Shown piece after piece: positions 13,054-25,900 of a stretch of 64,000 nt of DNA. This DNA comes from Anaeramoeba ignava BMAN (Eukaryota; Protista; Anaeramoebae): contig JAPDFW010000098.1 of NCBI GenBank assembly GCA_028826165.1, positions 51,173-115,172 on the forward strand, in the 5' to 3' direction. Each line of letters begins with the position of its first letter. Position 1 is the first letter of the stretch. The translations under genes and the position numbers were made by a program. Below the pieces are notes generated by a model that searched no databases, was not told the origin of the DNA, and was given only the letters and a program-made list of their open reading frames with translations.

Positions 13054-14986
13054 ATGAATATTGGATTAGAAGTAAGAGAAGAGTGTGTTGAAATTTTCAC
13101 TGAATTAAAACTGCATCACAAATATAAATTTATGATTTTCAAAATTTCTGATGATGACACTTCAATTTTTGTTGAGAAAGTTGGTCCAATTAGTTCTACT
13201 TTTGACCAACTTGTTGCTGAACTTCCTTCTAATGAATGCCGTTATGCTATTTTTGATTATGCATTCGAGAAAAATGGAAGGAAAAGAAGTAGAATTGTTT
13301 TGATTACTTGGTTTGTGCTTTTTTTTATAAATAAAATTATAAATAAAAATATAAATTAAATTATAAATAAAATTATAAATTAAATTATAAATTAAATTAT
13401 AAAAAAATTATAAATAAAATTATAAATTAAATTATAAATTAAATTATAAATAAAATTATAAATAAAATTAAATAAATTAAATAAAATTATAAATAAAATT
13501 ATAAAATAAAATATAAATTAAATTATAAATAAAATTATAAATATAAATTATAAATAAAATTATAAATTAAATTATAAATAAAATTATAAATAAAATTATA
13601 AATAAAATTATAAATTAAATTATAAATAAAATTATAAATTAAATTATAAATAAAATTATAAATAAAATTATAAATAAAATTATAAATAAAATTATAAAAA
13701 TAAAATTATAAATTAAATTATAAATAAAATTATAAATTAAAATTAAAATATAAAAAATTATAAATTAAATTATAAAAATAAAATTATAAATTAAATTATA
13801 AATTAAATTATAAATAAAATTAAAATAAAATTATAAAAATAAAATTATAAATAAAAAATTATAAATTATAAATTATAAATTAAAATTATAAATAAAAAAA
13901 ATAAAATTATAAATAAAAATATAAATAAAAATTATAAATAAAATTATAAATAAAAATAAAAAATTAAAATATAAAAAAATTATAAATAAAATTATAAATA
14001 AAATAAATAAAAAAATAAATTATAAATAAAATTATAAATAAAATTAAAAATAAATAAATTTATAAATTAAATTATAAATAAAATTATGGGATAAATAAAA
14101 TAAAAAATTATAAAAATAAATTATAAATTAAATTATAAATTAAAATATAAATTAAAATTAAAATTATAAATAAAATTATAAATATAAATAAATTATAAAT
14201 AAAATCAAAATTATAAAATTATAAAATAAAAAATTATAAAATTAAATTATAAAATAAAATTATAAATAAAATTATAAAAAAAATATAAATAAAAATAAAA
14301 TAAAAAATAAATTATAAATAAAATTATAAATAAAAATATAAATATAAATTAAAAAATTATAAATTAAATTATAAAATAAAATTATAAATAAAATTATATA
14401 TAAATAAAAATTATAAATAAAATTATTATAAATAAAATTATAAATAAAATTATAAATAAAAAATTATAAAATTAAATAAAAAAAATTATAAATTAAATTA
14501 TAAATAAAATTATAAATTAAATTATAATTAAAATTATAATTAAAATTATAAATAAAATTATCAAAATTAAAATTAAAATTAAAATTAAAATCAAAATTAA
14601 AATGAAAATTAAAAAATTAAAATGAAAATCAAAATTAAAATTAAAATCAAAATTAAAATCAAAATCAAAATCAAAATTAAAATCAAAATCAAAATCAAAA
14701 TTTAAATAAAAATCAAAATTAAAATTAAAATCAAAATCAAAATTAAAATGAAAATCAAAATTAAAATGAAAATCAAAATCAAAATCAAAAATAAAATCAA
14801 AATTAAATTATAAATAAAAGGGCACCAGATGACGCAATCGTAAAATACAGAACAATGTATTCAGCATCAAAAGATTCATTTAAACAAAAAATGGTTGGAA
14901 TTTCAACAGATATACAAGCAACAGATCTTTCCGAATTAACTGAAGAAATTGTTCTCCGAAAAGTCTTATTGACTGTTCGGTTTTAA
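13054..14986 (+). CDS. Cofilin/ADF actin-depolymerising factor
   Basis: Exons 13054-13310 and 14821-14986. Motifs KYKFMIFKI, ECRYAIFDY, RIVLITWAPD, MYSASKD and IQATD. Confidence 0.93.
13311..14820 (+). repeat. Cofilin intron: 11-bp (TAAAATTATAA)n followed by (AAAATY)n
   Basis: 1.5 kb intron with two repeat types. Confidence 0.88.
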
Positions 14987-15245
14987 AATTCAAAAGTGTA
15001 TCAAACTTGAAATTTTTGAAATTTTTGAAATTTTTTTTTTGAAATTTTTTTTTTGAAATTTTTTTTTGGAATTTTTTTTCTTTCTCCTTTTTTTTTTTTT
15101 TGCATATTTGCATTATTGTAACACCGTTTATTTGGTTTATTTGGTTTATTTGGTTTATTTGGTTGGAAGTAAACAAATTAAAAAAAAATATTTTTATTTT
15201 TCATTTTTTCATTTTTTCATTTTTTTTTTTCATTTTTTTTTTAAA

Positions 15246-17111
15246 ATGTCAAACCAAAAAAATCAACAACAAGATTTCCAAAAATTAACACAAAAATATC
15301 AACGACTTAAAAAAATTATTAGAGATTCAAGACCAGGAAAAAAAACACAAAGCAAATGGGAAGAATATCTAAATCAAACATTATCCAAATTCGAAAAAAA
15401 TCCACAATTTAATCCAGAACAAATCCAAATAATAAAAACTAATCTCAATCAAATTAACAAAAGATTACTCAGATATTCACAAGAAGAACTCATACAAACA
15501 AAACAGGAGCTTTTAACAACTCAAGAAAAATTGCAATCATTGAAACTTAATCAAGAAGAAACAGCAAAAAATTTATCTCTTCTTTACAAATCATTGGATG
15601 AAGTCGAAGCTCAAAATCAAAAACAGAAACTAGAAAAAGAACAATTTGTGCAGCAAATGCACAGCTCCCTTTTAAAATATAAACAAGCCTTTTCTCAGAT
15701 TCAAGAAAAATTCAAAAAGGAAAAGGAAAAAAGTGACAATTTGAAAAAACGTTATCAAAATATTAAAAACAAACTTCTCGATAAAAAAAAATCTTCCAAA
15801 CAAAACTTCAATCAGCAGTCTCTCAACAAACCCGACAAAGAAAAAGATCATCTTCAAAATGAATCTATGTTGATTCAGCAGACAGATTTGGAGAAAGTTC
15901 AAGATAAAAATCCAGAAAATGATATCCATTCCCAAAAGACATTAAATGAATCAAAATTGCAATTAGAATTGGAAACAAAAAAAACAATAGAAAATCTCAA
16001 AATAAAAATCCAGGAGCAAAAAGAAGATCTTGAGAACAAACAAACCCAAATTCAACAACTAATTTCTTCTGAAAACCAACTTAAACAAGAAAAGCAAAAA
16101 TTGTTTAATGATTTATCTTTATCAAATTCTTCAAATCAAAAAAATCAATCAAAAATTTCAAAATTGATTCAAAAAAAGGAAAATTTAGAAATGTTAAATT
16201 TGAGATTGAATGAGGATCTTAAAAAAGCAAATGAAACAATTTCTAAATCGAAAAAATCAGTAAATGAAAATGATGATCTACAAAAAACAATCAATTCTCT
16301 TCAAGATCAAGTTTTATTTTGGAAAAAAAATATTCAACAAAAAGAGAAAGAATTTGAAACACAATTAAAATTAGAGGCATGGAAAAACGAAAAGTATAAA
16401 ATTGAAACTGATCTTAAAATACTTAATTTTGCAAAAAATCAAAATGAATATGAAAACGAAATTTTATTTTTACAAAAACAGAATAATTTTTTAATGGAAG
16501 AACTCAAACAAAAAAGAGATTTAAATAAAAAATTAAAAAGAGAGAATGAAATTATGAAATTAAAGAAAAGAGGAGCAGATATTTTAACACAAGATTCAAC
16601 AAAAGATTTAAAAGATTTTGAAAATTTAACAAAAGATTCAAATGATTTTGAAAATTCAACAAAAGATTTAAAAGATTTTGAAAATTCAAAAGATTTTAAA
16701 GAAGATTTTAAAGAAGATTTTAAAGAAGATTTTAAAGAAGATTTTAAAGAAGATAATTTTAAAGAAGATAATTTTAAAGATAATTTTAAAGAAGATAATT
16801 TTAAAGATTTTAAAGAAGATAATTTAAAAGATTTAAAAGATTTAAAAGATTTAAATGATTTAAAAGATTTAAATGATATAAATGATTTAAAAAATTCTGA
16901 AAATGAATTAAATCAAAATAATCAAATCAAAACTAAAAGAAACCTTCCAAGAAGAACTAAAAATCCAAAAACTAAACTTAGAACTCAAACTCTTAATCGT
17001 TTTCGTCAAACTCTTCCACCTAATACAAAACTTCATCCAATCATGAAACAAGGAAATCCTAATTTAATGGCAGAATTACAGAAAAGATTAAATAACAAAA
17101 AGAAAAATTAA
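15246..17111 (+). CDS. Uncharacterised intronless coiled-coil protein with KEDF/KEDN repeats
   Basis: The true start is probably ATG 15246 (MSNQKNQQQ), preceded by TCATTTT motifs. Long K/E/Q heptad region, ending in a NLMAELQKRL helix. Confidence 0.75.
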   Translation: MSNQKNQQQDFQKLTQKYQRLKKIIRDSRPGKKTQSKWEEYLNQTLSKFEKNPQFNPEQIQIIKTNLNQINKRLLRYSQEELIQTKQELLTTQEKLQSLKLNQEETAKNLSLLYKSLDEVEAQNQKQKLEKEQFVQQMHSSLLKYKQAFSQIQEKFKKEKEKSDNLKKRYQNIKNKLLDKKKSSKQNFNQQSLNKPDKEKDHLQNESMLIQQTDLEKVQDKNPENDIHSQKTLNESKLQLELETKKTIENLKIKIQEQKEDLENKQTQIQQLISSENQLKQEKQKLFNDLSLSNSSNQKNQSKISKLIQKKENLEMLNLRLNEDLKKANETISKSKKSVNENDDLQKTINSLQDQVLFWKKNIQQKEKEFETQLKLEAWKNEKYKIETDLKILNFAKNQNEYENEILFLQKQNNFLMEELKQKRDLNKKLKRENEIMKLKKRGADILTQDSTKDLKDFENLTKDSNDFENSTKDLKDFENSKDFKEDFKEDFKEDFKEDFKEDNFKEDNFKDNFKEDNFKDFKEDNLKDLKDLKDLNDLKDLNDINDLKNSENELNQNNQIKTKRNLPRRTKNPKTKLRTQTLNRFRQTLPPNTKLHPIMKQGNPNLMAELQKRLNNKKKN

Positions 17112-17182
17112 TTTTAAAAAGAAAAATAATCTTTTATTTCCTCAATTAATTTTAATAAAAAAAAAACATTTTCATTCTTCTT

Positions 17183-17899
17183 TTAAATTTCAAAAACCAT
17201 TAAAATTCCATCATAAATTGATTTATTAATTGAATAATAATTTTCAATTACTTCTTTCTTTTTAAATCCAAATTTTTTATAAAATGAAATTGCATTTATA
17301 TTTGTTTTTTTAACATGAAGAACAATTTCTTTAATTTCTTCATTTTTCTTAATTTTTTCAATTGCTTTTTTTAAAATTTTTGTTCCAATTCCTCTTTTTC
17401 TAAATTTTTCATCAATTCCAAAAGTCTAAAAATTTTTAATTAAAATTAAAATTAAAATTAAAATTAAAATTTTTTATCAAATTTTTTAATTTATTTAAAT
17501 TGACCATAATATAAGCTTTTTGTTCTGTTTCATTTTTCCAAGTTATTTCTCCAACAACATATTTTTTTTTAAAATGAAAAAAAATGATATAATTTTAATT
17601 AATTAATTTTAAATTTTAATTAATTTTTTTAAAAAATAATAAAATACTTTTTTTGTTTTCCAATAAATTACAATTATACAATTATATTCTTTTCCAAGAA
17701 GATTTTCATAATGTTTTTCTGGATAAATAATAGGAAAAAGTAAACTCTAATTTTTATTTTGAATTATTAAAAAATTTCCAAATTGAAGAAAATTTTTATT
17801 CTTCTTTTTCTTTCTATTTACATCAAGTAATTTTAAACCTTCAATTGTATATTTTGTTGCATCAACCAAAACAAAATCATCAAGTTCATAATTTTTCAT
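17183..17899 (-). CDS. GNAT N-acetyltransferase, NAA50-like
   Basis: 4 exons, not in the ORF track: LKLLDSLLFPIIYPEKHY, YVVGEI, AYIMTFGIDEKFRKRGIGTKIL, LHVKKTNINAISFYKKFGF and IENYY. The intron 2 acceptor is anomalous. Confidence 0.85.
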
Positions 17900-18014
17900 G
17901 AATTATTTTTATTATAATCTCTTTTTTTTTTTGGAGATAATTTTGAAAAAGGAAAAAATGAAAAAAAAAATTATTTTAAAATTATTTGAAAAATCTTTAT
18001 AAAAAAATTTTCAA

Positions 18015-19524
18015 TCATTTTTTAATAAAAGCAAATTTTAAGTAAAAAATAAAAATGAAATGAATCAATGAACAAATTCCTGCAGGAGCAACAATTTTTT
18101 CTTTTTGATTTGAAAGGAAAAAAAGAGTTAAAAACTAAATAATTTTTATGAGTAAAAAAATCTTTTTTTTTTTTCCAAATAATTTTTCTTACTATTTTTG
18201 CAGTTGATAATCCTCCAAAAATTATTGCACTTAAAAATCCAAAAGAATTATTAACTAAAGATATTGCAAGAGTAAGACAATATCCGAAAATAGAATAACC
18301 CTAAGAAATGATTTTAATTTTTTATCCGATTTTAATTTTAATTTTAATTTTAATATTAATTTTAATATTAATTTTAATTTTAATTTTAATTTTAATTTTA
18401 ATTTTAATTTTAATTTTAATTTTAATTTTAATTTTAATTTTAATTTTAATTTTAATTTTAATTTTAATTTTAATTTTAATTTTAATTTTAATTTTAATTT
18501 TAATTTTAATTTTATAAATAAATATTAATTTTAATTTTGATTCTAATTCTAATTCTAATTCTATTTGCATACAGTAATACTCATAATTGTTGTAAATTTA
18601 AGAGTAACACCAAAAGCTAAAAAATTAACAATAACAGAAAAAATAATCCAATAAGTAAAACTAATTGAAATAGCTTTTCCCAGAACAAAGAATTCTAATT
18701 CATTTTTATTAAAAGTTAATTTCATAGCAAATAAAAGTAACATAGCCAATGTAAAAACAATCATAACAGGTCCATAAAGATCAAATGATTCAATTTTAAT
18801 ATTTTTATTATTAATAAATCTAAATGGATTAATAGATTCAACTAATCTTTCAAGAACTTCTTTAGGATTATTGATATCAAATAAAGGTTTTACTTTATTG
18901 ATATCTCTATATTCATTTAATTTTATTTTTGTTGTTCGAAACATCTATTTTTTTTATTAAAATTATAATTAATATTCATTTATAATTAAAATTAATATTA
19001 AAATTAATATTAAAATTATAATTAATATTAAAATTAAAATTAAAATTATAATTAATATTAAAATTAAAATTAATATTAATATTAAAATTATTCATTTATA
19101 AAATTAAAATTAAAATTCATTTATAATATTAATATTAATATTAAAATTAAAATTAAAATTAAAATTAAAATTCATTTATAAATTAAAATCAAAATTCATT
19201 TATAATATTAAAATTAATATTAAAATTAATATTCATTTATAAAATTAAAATTATAATTAATATTAAAATTAAAATTATAATTAAAATTAAAATTAATATT
19301 AAAATTATATTTAAAATTAAAATTACAGAAACAAAAGATGAATTAGAGTCAGTTTTTTCATTCATTTCATTGGAAAAATTTGATAATTCAGGATTTTGAG
19401 GATAATTTTGATTTTGATTTTGATTTTGATTTTGATTTGATTGTTCGAGATGTTGATGATTTACTGGTGCATTAAACCATTCAACATCATTATCATTTTC
19501 ATTATCATTTTGATTAGTAGTCAT
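18015..19524 (-). CDS. YIPF3: Yip1-domain Golgi membrane protein, YIPF3-like
   Basis: Exons 19524-19327, 18944-18573, 18300-18193 and 18134-18015. Motifs DLYGPVMIVFTL, FTYW, GYSIFGYC, GGLST and IHFIFIFYL. Confidence 0.8.
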
Positions 19525-19943
19525 TTAAGAAAAAAATGAAAAAAATGAAAAATGAAAAAATGAAAAAAAAAAAATAAAAAAAAAATAAAATTATTAAATA
19601 TTTTTTTTATTCCTTTCTTTTAATTATTTTTGATCTTTGTTTTGATTCTGATTTTTTTTCCTTATTCTCTTCTTTTTTTTGTTTTTGGTTTTTTTTTTAA
19701 AAAAAAATCTAAATTAAAATGATCAATAAAAAAAAAAAAATTCAAACTTAAAAATAACAAAATAAAACAAAATTCTGATTTGAATTTATTTTAAAAAAAA
19801 AAAAGAATTAAAGTTAAAAAAGCAAATAAAATCAAAATCAAATTTAAAAAATAAAAAAAATTTAAAAAATAAAAAAATAAAAAAACCAAAATTTATTTTT
19901 CATTTTTTTTTTTTTTGATTTAAAATATTTTTACTTAATTAGA

Positions 19944-22900
19944 ATGGATGTTCGAGAAAGTAGCCATTATATAATACAATCAATATTCACACAATTCACT
20001 TCGATTGCAAAAAGCTTAATTCAAAACCTTTCTAAAATGGTATTTTGCCATTTTTTATTTGAATGATTTTCAATTCATTAATTTTTTATTTAAAGATGAA
20101 ATTTTTTTTTAAAATTATAAAACAAAAAAAAACTTTTTGCCAACATTGAATTAAATTAAATTTTAATAAGAAAATAATTAAAAATAAAATTTATAATTCA
20201 AAAAATTTTAATTAAGATTTAATTAGAATTTTTAAAATAAAATTTTTTTCAAATACAATTAAAAAAATCCCCAAAAATCCAATTAATGAAAAAATTCCAA
20301 AAAAAAATTTCTAAAAACATAAAAATATAAAAATAAATCTAAATATAAATATAAATATAAATATAAATATAAATATAAATATAAATATAAATATAAATAT
20401 AAATATAAATATAAATATAAATATAAATATAAATATAAATATAAATATAAATATAAATATAAATATAAATATAAATATAAATTATAAATATAAATCAAAA
20501 TTAAATATAAAAATTAAATCAAAATATAAATTCAAAATATAAATATAAAATTAAAATATTAAAATTAAATATAAATATAAATATAAATATAAATTCAAAA
20601 ATATAAATATAAAATTAAATTCAAAATTAAATTCAAAATTAAATTCAAAATTAAATTCAAAATTAAATTCAAAATTATATTTAAAATTATATTCAAAATT
20701 ATATTCAAAATTATATTTAAAATTAAATTCAAAATTAAATTCAAAATTATATTTAAAATTAAATTCAAAATTATATTCAAAATTAAATTCAAAATTAAAT
20801 TCAAAATTATATTTAAAATTATATTCAAATTTATATTCAAAATTATATTCAAAATTAAATTCAAAATTATATTCAAATTTATATTCAAAATTATATTCAA
20901 AATTATATTCAAAATTATATTTAAATTTGTTAGAATAAAGAAAGGAAACCTTATTACACAACTATTCAAAACCATTTAGAATTTCAACGTTGTATTGATT
21001 CATTATCAAATTTAGGAAAAAATTGTATTGAAAATATAATGACAGGAATAATAACTTGGAGAGAAGAAATTCTTGGAACTCCAAATGAAACAAATGAAAC
21101 AAATGATAAAAAAAAACTAAAAAAACCAAAAACAAAACTTCATACAGTGTAAATTCCAAATAAAAAAAAAACAATTACAAAATAAGAAGAAAATTTATAA
21201 TAATTTTTTTTCCGTTTTTTTTTTTTCTTTTTGAAAATTTAGAGACATTTCTTTTCTTAATAATTTAGGGATCGGAAACTCAAAACTATCTCAAATAATT
21301 GTTAAAAATTTATTTTTAATTTATTTTTAATTAATTTTTAATTTTAATTTATTTTTAAATTGAATTATTTAGGTTATTACAGAAACAATTTTTTCTGTTG
21401 CATCTCTTCGAGTTTTAAAATATACACAACAAACACTTTCCAACAAACTTTTAGATAAAATAATTAAAGTTCCACTTTCACAATTAATTGATTTCGAATC
21501 AGAACAACAACAAATAACAGAACCAAAAGATTTAATTGATCAACAAAAACTAAACGAACTATGTGAAGAATTAATTGGAGAATTATCAAAACAAAACATT
21601 AAATCTGTGGTTAAAATATTCTTCACAGGACAAGAAACAAAAACAATAACACCAACAATGGCCCAAATACAGCATATAAAACTAACTAATAAAGACCAAG
21701 TAACGGTCGATTTCAACGCGCATTTTGTTGAGTCTTTTTTGAATGTATTGAAAAAATTGGATCGAAGATCCAAAAGAAAACTTGCGCGTTGTGGAGCAAA
21801 AATTTTCCAAAAATTCATTGATAATAATTATTTTCGTGATTTTGACTTTACTGACTGGTTTTTAAACATAAGGAATCTGTATAATATGACTGCCCAATTG
21901 GGTGAAAAAGCAAGCGAATTGCAACATTATCTTCCGTTGCAAACTGCTCTACTTTGTTGTTCAGATAAAGCATTTTTCTTTGAAAAACACAAGGAATTTA
22001 TCGAACTTTCTCTTAAATCTTTGAAAAACAAAAGCATCAGGTTCGTTTCTTTGGAATGTGTTTCAAATTTTCTTCGTTTTTATATGACAAAGTTTGTTGA
22101 TCCAAACCCGGAAAGAGTGGCGAAAAATATCGAAAAAATTGCTTTAACGATTTTTTCATTCAATCGCAAAATGACCTTCAATGTTTTTTCGCCTTCCATT
22201 TCTGCAACGCCTGATGAGATGATTCTGTTCATTTCTGATTGGAAACTTTCATATGCAATGAATTTCATCATTTTTAAACTGATTGAATCCGATAATTCTG
22301 AATGGGTTTTGATCGGAGTGAGAACTTTTTTTGCTCTTTTGGAAAAAAACCCACAAAAGCAATCCAACCGCCGAATAAGCGATCCAACAACTCTTGAATC
22401 TTTTGTGCAAACATGCCAAGAAAAACTAGAAAAAGTCTTTACTTATTATGACAACCAGGTTGGCAACTTTATTCAATCAGCTCCGCAACTCAAATCTCCT
22501 ATTGAACCGATTTTGAAGGAAAAAAGCAAGGAAATTGATATTTTAATTTACGCAATCAAGTCTATTCCTCGCGTGCTTCCTTTCCCTAACAAATTACTTG
22601 AAATGATCTCTAAATATACCATTCATTTTGACCAAAATCTTTCTTCAATTTCTTTTGAAGCAATGAAAAGAATTATTGCAAATCAAAGTGAAATTCGTTT
22701 GGATTTACTCAATGCTTTCGGCAAATTCATTCTCCAAATTCCTGATAATTTTGTTTCCATAATTCAATCTTCTCTTCAGAAACTTTTAGAACTTATTTTG
22801 CTTTGGGTCAATATTCTCAAGCAATCAAAGCCTAATACTTTTCTTCATTTAAATTCTCAAGAATTTTCAAATAATTCTTCCCAATTAATTCTTTCTAAAA

Positions 22901-25900
22901 TTTATGAAAAAAAACCTGTTTTTAGAAATGATGAAGAAACTATTGATTCTTCACATAAAGAATCAATTGATTCTTTATCTCAATCTCAATTCCCTCAAAT
23001 TAATTCTCAAAATGATATTGATAATGAAAATATTCGTCAAATTGAAAAACAATCTGATAACGATGGAAATGATCAAATTTTAGAGAATTTTAAAAATGGA
23101 ATGGATGATCAAATACAAATGAATATTAAAGGTTTTTTTTTCAAATTAAAATTAAAATTCAAATTCAATTTAAAATTCAAATTCAAATTTAAAAAAAAAT
23201 ACAGAGAAAAGTTCTTCAAAAAATCTTAACAAAATTTTAGATTTCACTTCTTTCTTTCCTGAAGTTTCTCGTTTGGAAAGTGTCTTACTTGTTTTTCTTT
23301 CAAGTACAGATCCTAAAGTACGCAGATATTCATTACAAAATTTAGAAAATATTAGAAAATTAGTTACTTGTCATCAAACAATTTATCCTGAATTTTGTAC
23401 ATTTCATTTATAAATCAATTATTTATTTCAAAAAACAAAAAAAAAACCAATTTCATTTATATTCTAAATTTTTATTAATTTTTTTAGTTCAACAAGAAAG
23501 TTTAACAGCAAAAATAAATTCAGTTAGAGTTATTCAAATATTTGAAGAAAGTAGGTCAAGAGTTACTCAAAATATTTATCATCCAAATAAATTAATGACT
23601 AGAGAAGAAGTAAAAAATATTGATTTAAAAAAAAAAAAACTATTCATTTTTGAAATTTGTTTATATTTTTTTTTTCAATTAAAAAAAAATAGCTTTTAAA
23701 ACCAAAAAGATTTTTATCACAAAATCATAATTTGGAAGAATTTATTTGTGGTTCAAAAACTCAAGATAAATTTAAATGGACAATTTATCTTTGTCAATTA
23801 TTGAAAAGATTAACAATTTCAAAACAACATATTTGTTCTTTAACTTTTAAAGAAGTTAATATTTAAATTTAATTTCAAAATTTAAATTAAAAATTTAAAA
23901 ATTATTTATAAAAATTTTTATTATAGATCTTTAGTAGATTAAAATCAATTAATGATGCAATTTCAAGCAAAATTCAACAAAGAAAAAAACTTGGATTAAT
24001 TACAAAACAAATTGAAAAATTTATTTGTTATTCAATGATTGCTGCTTCTATTGCACATCCTTCATATGGTTTGAATATCTTTAGTTTTTCTAAAATTATA
24101 ATTTTTTAAAATTTAAAAATTAATCAAAAAAAAATTATAACAAAAAAAATATTATTTTAAATTAATTTATAATCTAAGTTTCTATTGAAGATTGCAAATT
24201 ATTTTTTCGAATCCTTTCTCCTTTTTTTCTTCATAAAACAGAAATGTTATGCAATGGTGCTATTATGGTAATTTTTTATATTAAAATTTAAAATCAAAAT
24301 CAAAATTAAAATTTAAAAAATTCTTTAAAAAAAAAAACAAAAGGTTTTTCACAATCAAATGAAAAAATTTTCCCAAATTTAATTTCTGGATTTGATCCAT
24401 TAATTCAACAAATTTTAAATGAAAAAGAAAAGAAAGGAAAAAAGCATAAAAATCGAGAACTTACACATATTTGCAGTAAATATTAAATATAAAATCAAAA
24501 TAAAATCAAATCAAATTAAATCAAATCAAATCAAATCAAATCAAATTAAATCAAATCAAATTAAATCAAATCAAATTAAATCAAATCAAATTAAATCAAA
24601 TCAAATTAAAATTAAATTCAAATTAAATCAAATTAAATCAAATTAAATCAAATCAAATCAAATTAAATCAAATCAAATCAAATTAAATCAAATTAAATTA
24701 AATCAAAATAAAATCAAATCAAAATAAAAATAAATTAAATTAAATTAAATCAAATTAAATTAAATCAAATCAAATCAAATCAAATCAAATCAAATCAAAT
24801 TAAATCAAATCAAATTCAAATCAAATCAAATCAAATCAAATCAAATCAAATCAAATCAAATCAAATCAAATCAAATTAAATTAAATCAAATCAATATTCA
24901 AATAAAATCAAATTAAATCAAAATTAAATCAAATCAAATCAAATTAAATCAAATCAAATTAAATCAAAATCAAAATCAAAATCAAAATCAAATCAAATTA
25001 AATCAAATTAAATCAAATCAAATAAAATCAATTATTTAAAATTCAAAAATCAAAAATTTAAAATAAAAATTAGTTATTTATCGGACATTTGCTGATCTAT
25101 TAGAACAAGAAAGTTTTGAAGACACACCATTTTTTCAAACACATTTCCTTAAAATTATTCAAAAAATATCATCTTATGTTGATTCACCAGCTTTAGTTGA
25201 TAGTACTGATATTCTTATTCTTAGATATCATCTTGCTCTTTTTGTTTCTCGATATTCTTCGTTAATGGAATTAAGTGATAGATTAATTGATAGAAATGAT
25301 CGTAGATTTTTATGGAAATTATTTGCAAAATATTGTGGATTAGGTGATCAAACTGTTATTAATCAAATGAAAGCAAAACTTACTTTATTTTTAAGAGAAC
25401 ATCATCGTGATCCTCAACAAAAAGAATCTATTCGTAAAAATTTTGAAGAACAATCTGTTTCTGTTCAATTCGCATGTTTAAAAGTAAATATTAAAATTAA
25501 AATTAAAATTAAAATTAAAATTAAAATTAAAATTAAAATTAAAATTAAAATTAAAATTAAAATTAAAATTAAAATTAAAATTAAAATTAAAATTAAAATT
25601 AAAATTAAAATTAAAATTATAATTATAATTAAAAGGCAATGTCTTCTCTTCTTTATGGTGAATTCTTTGATGATCAAATAAATCAAGTTGTCGATACAGT
25701 TTTTACACACATTTTTGAATTACTTCATTCACAAAATAAATCTATTCAATCAATTGGAACTATATCAATGAGAAAATTTTTAACCAGAAATCTTGGAAAA
25801 CTTTTTCCAATTTATTTTGAACAATCTTATTCAATTGATACTAAAAAAGCATCTGCATTTACAATTTCTTTGGTTGAAGCATTTATTCGTGATGAAGTTG

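Noticed and set aside
13700-14500. Degenerate centre of the cofilin (and MOB) intron arrays as a distinct element
   Set aside because: Irregular indels in the array centres look like unpolished long-read noise where short reads cannot map.
15066-15245. N-terminal extension of the 681-aa ORF
   Set aside because: It starts at TTG, overlaps the cofilin 3' UTR and poly-T promoter region, and the ATG at 15246 has the usual upstream motifs.
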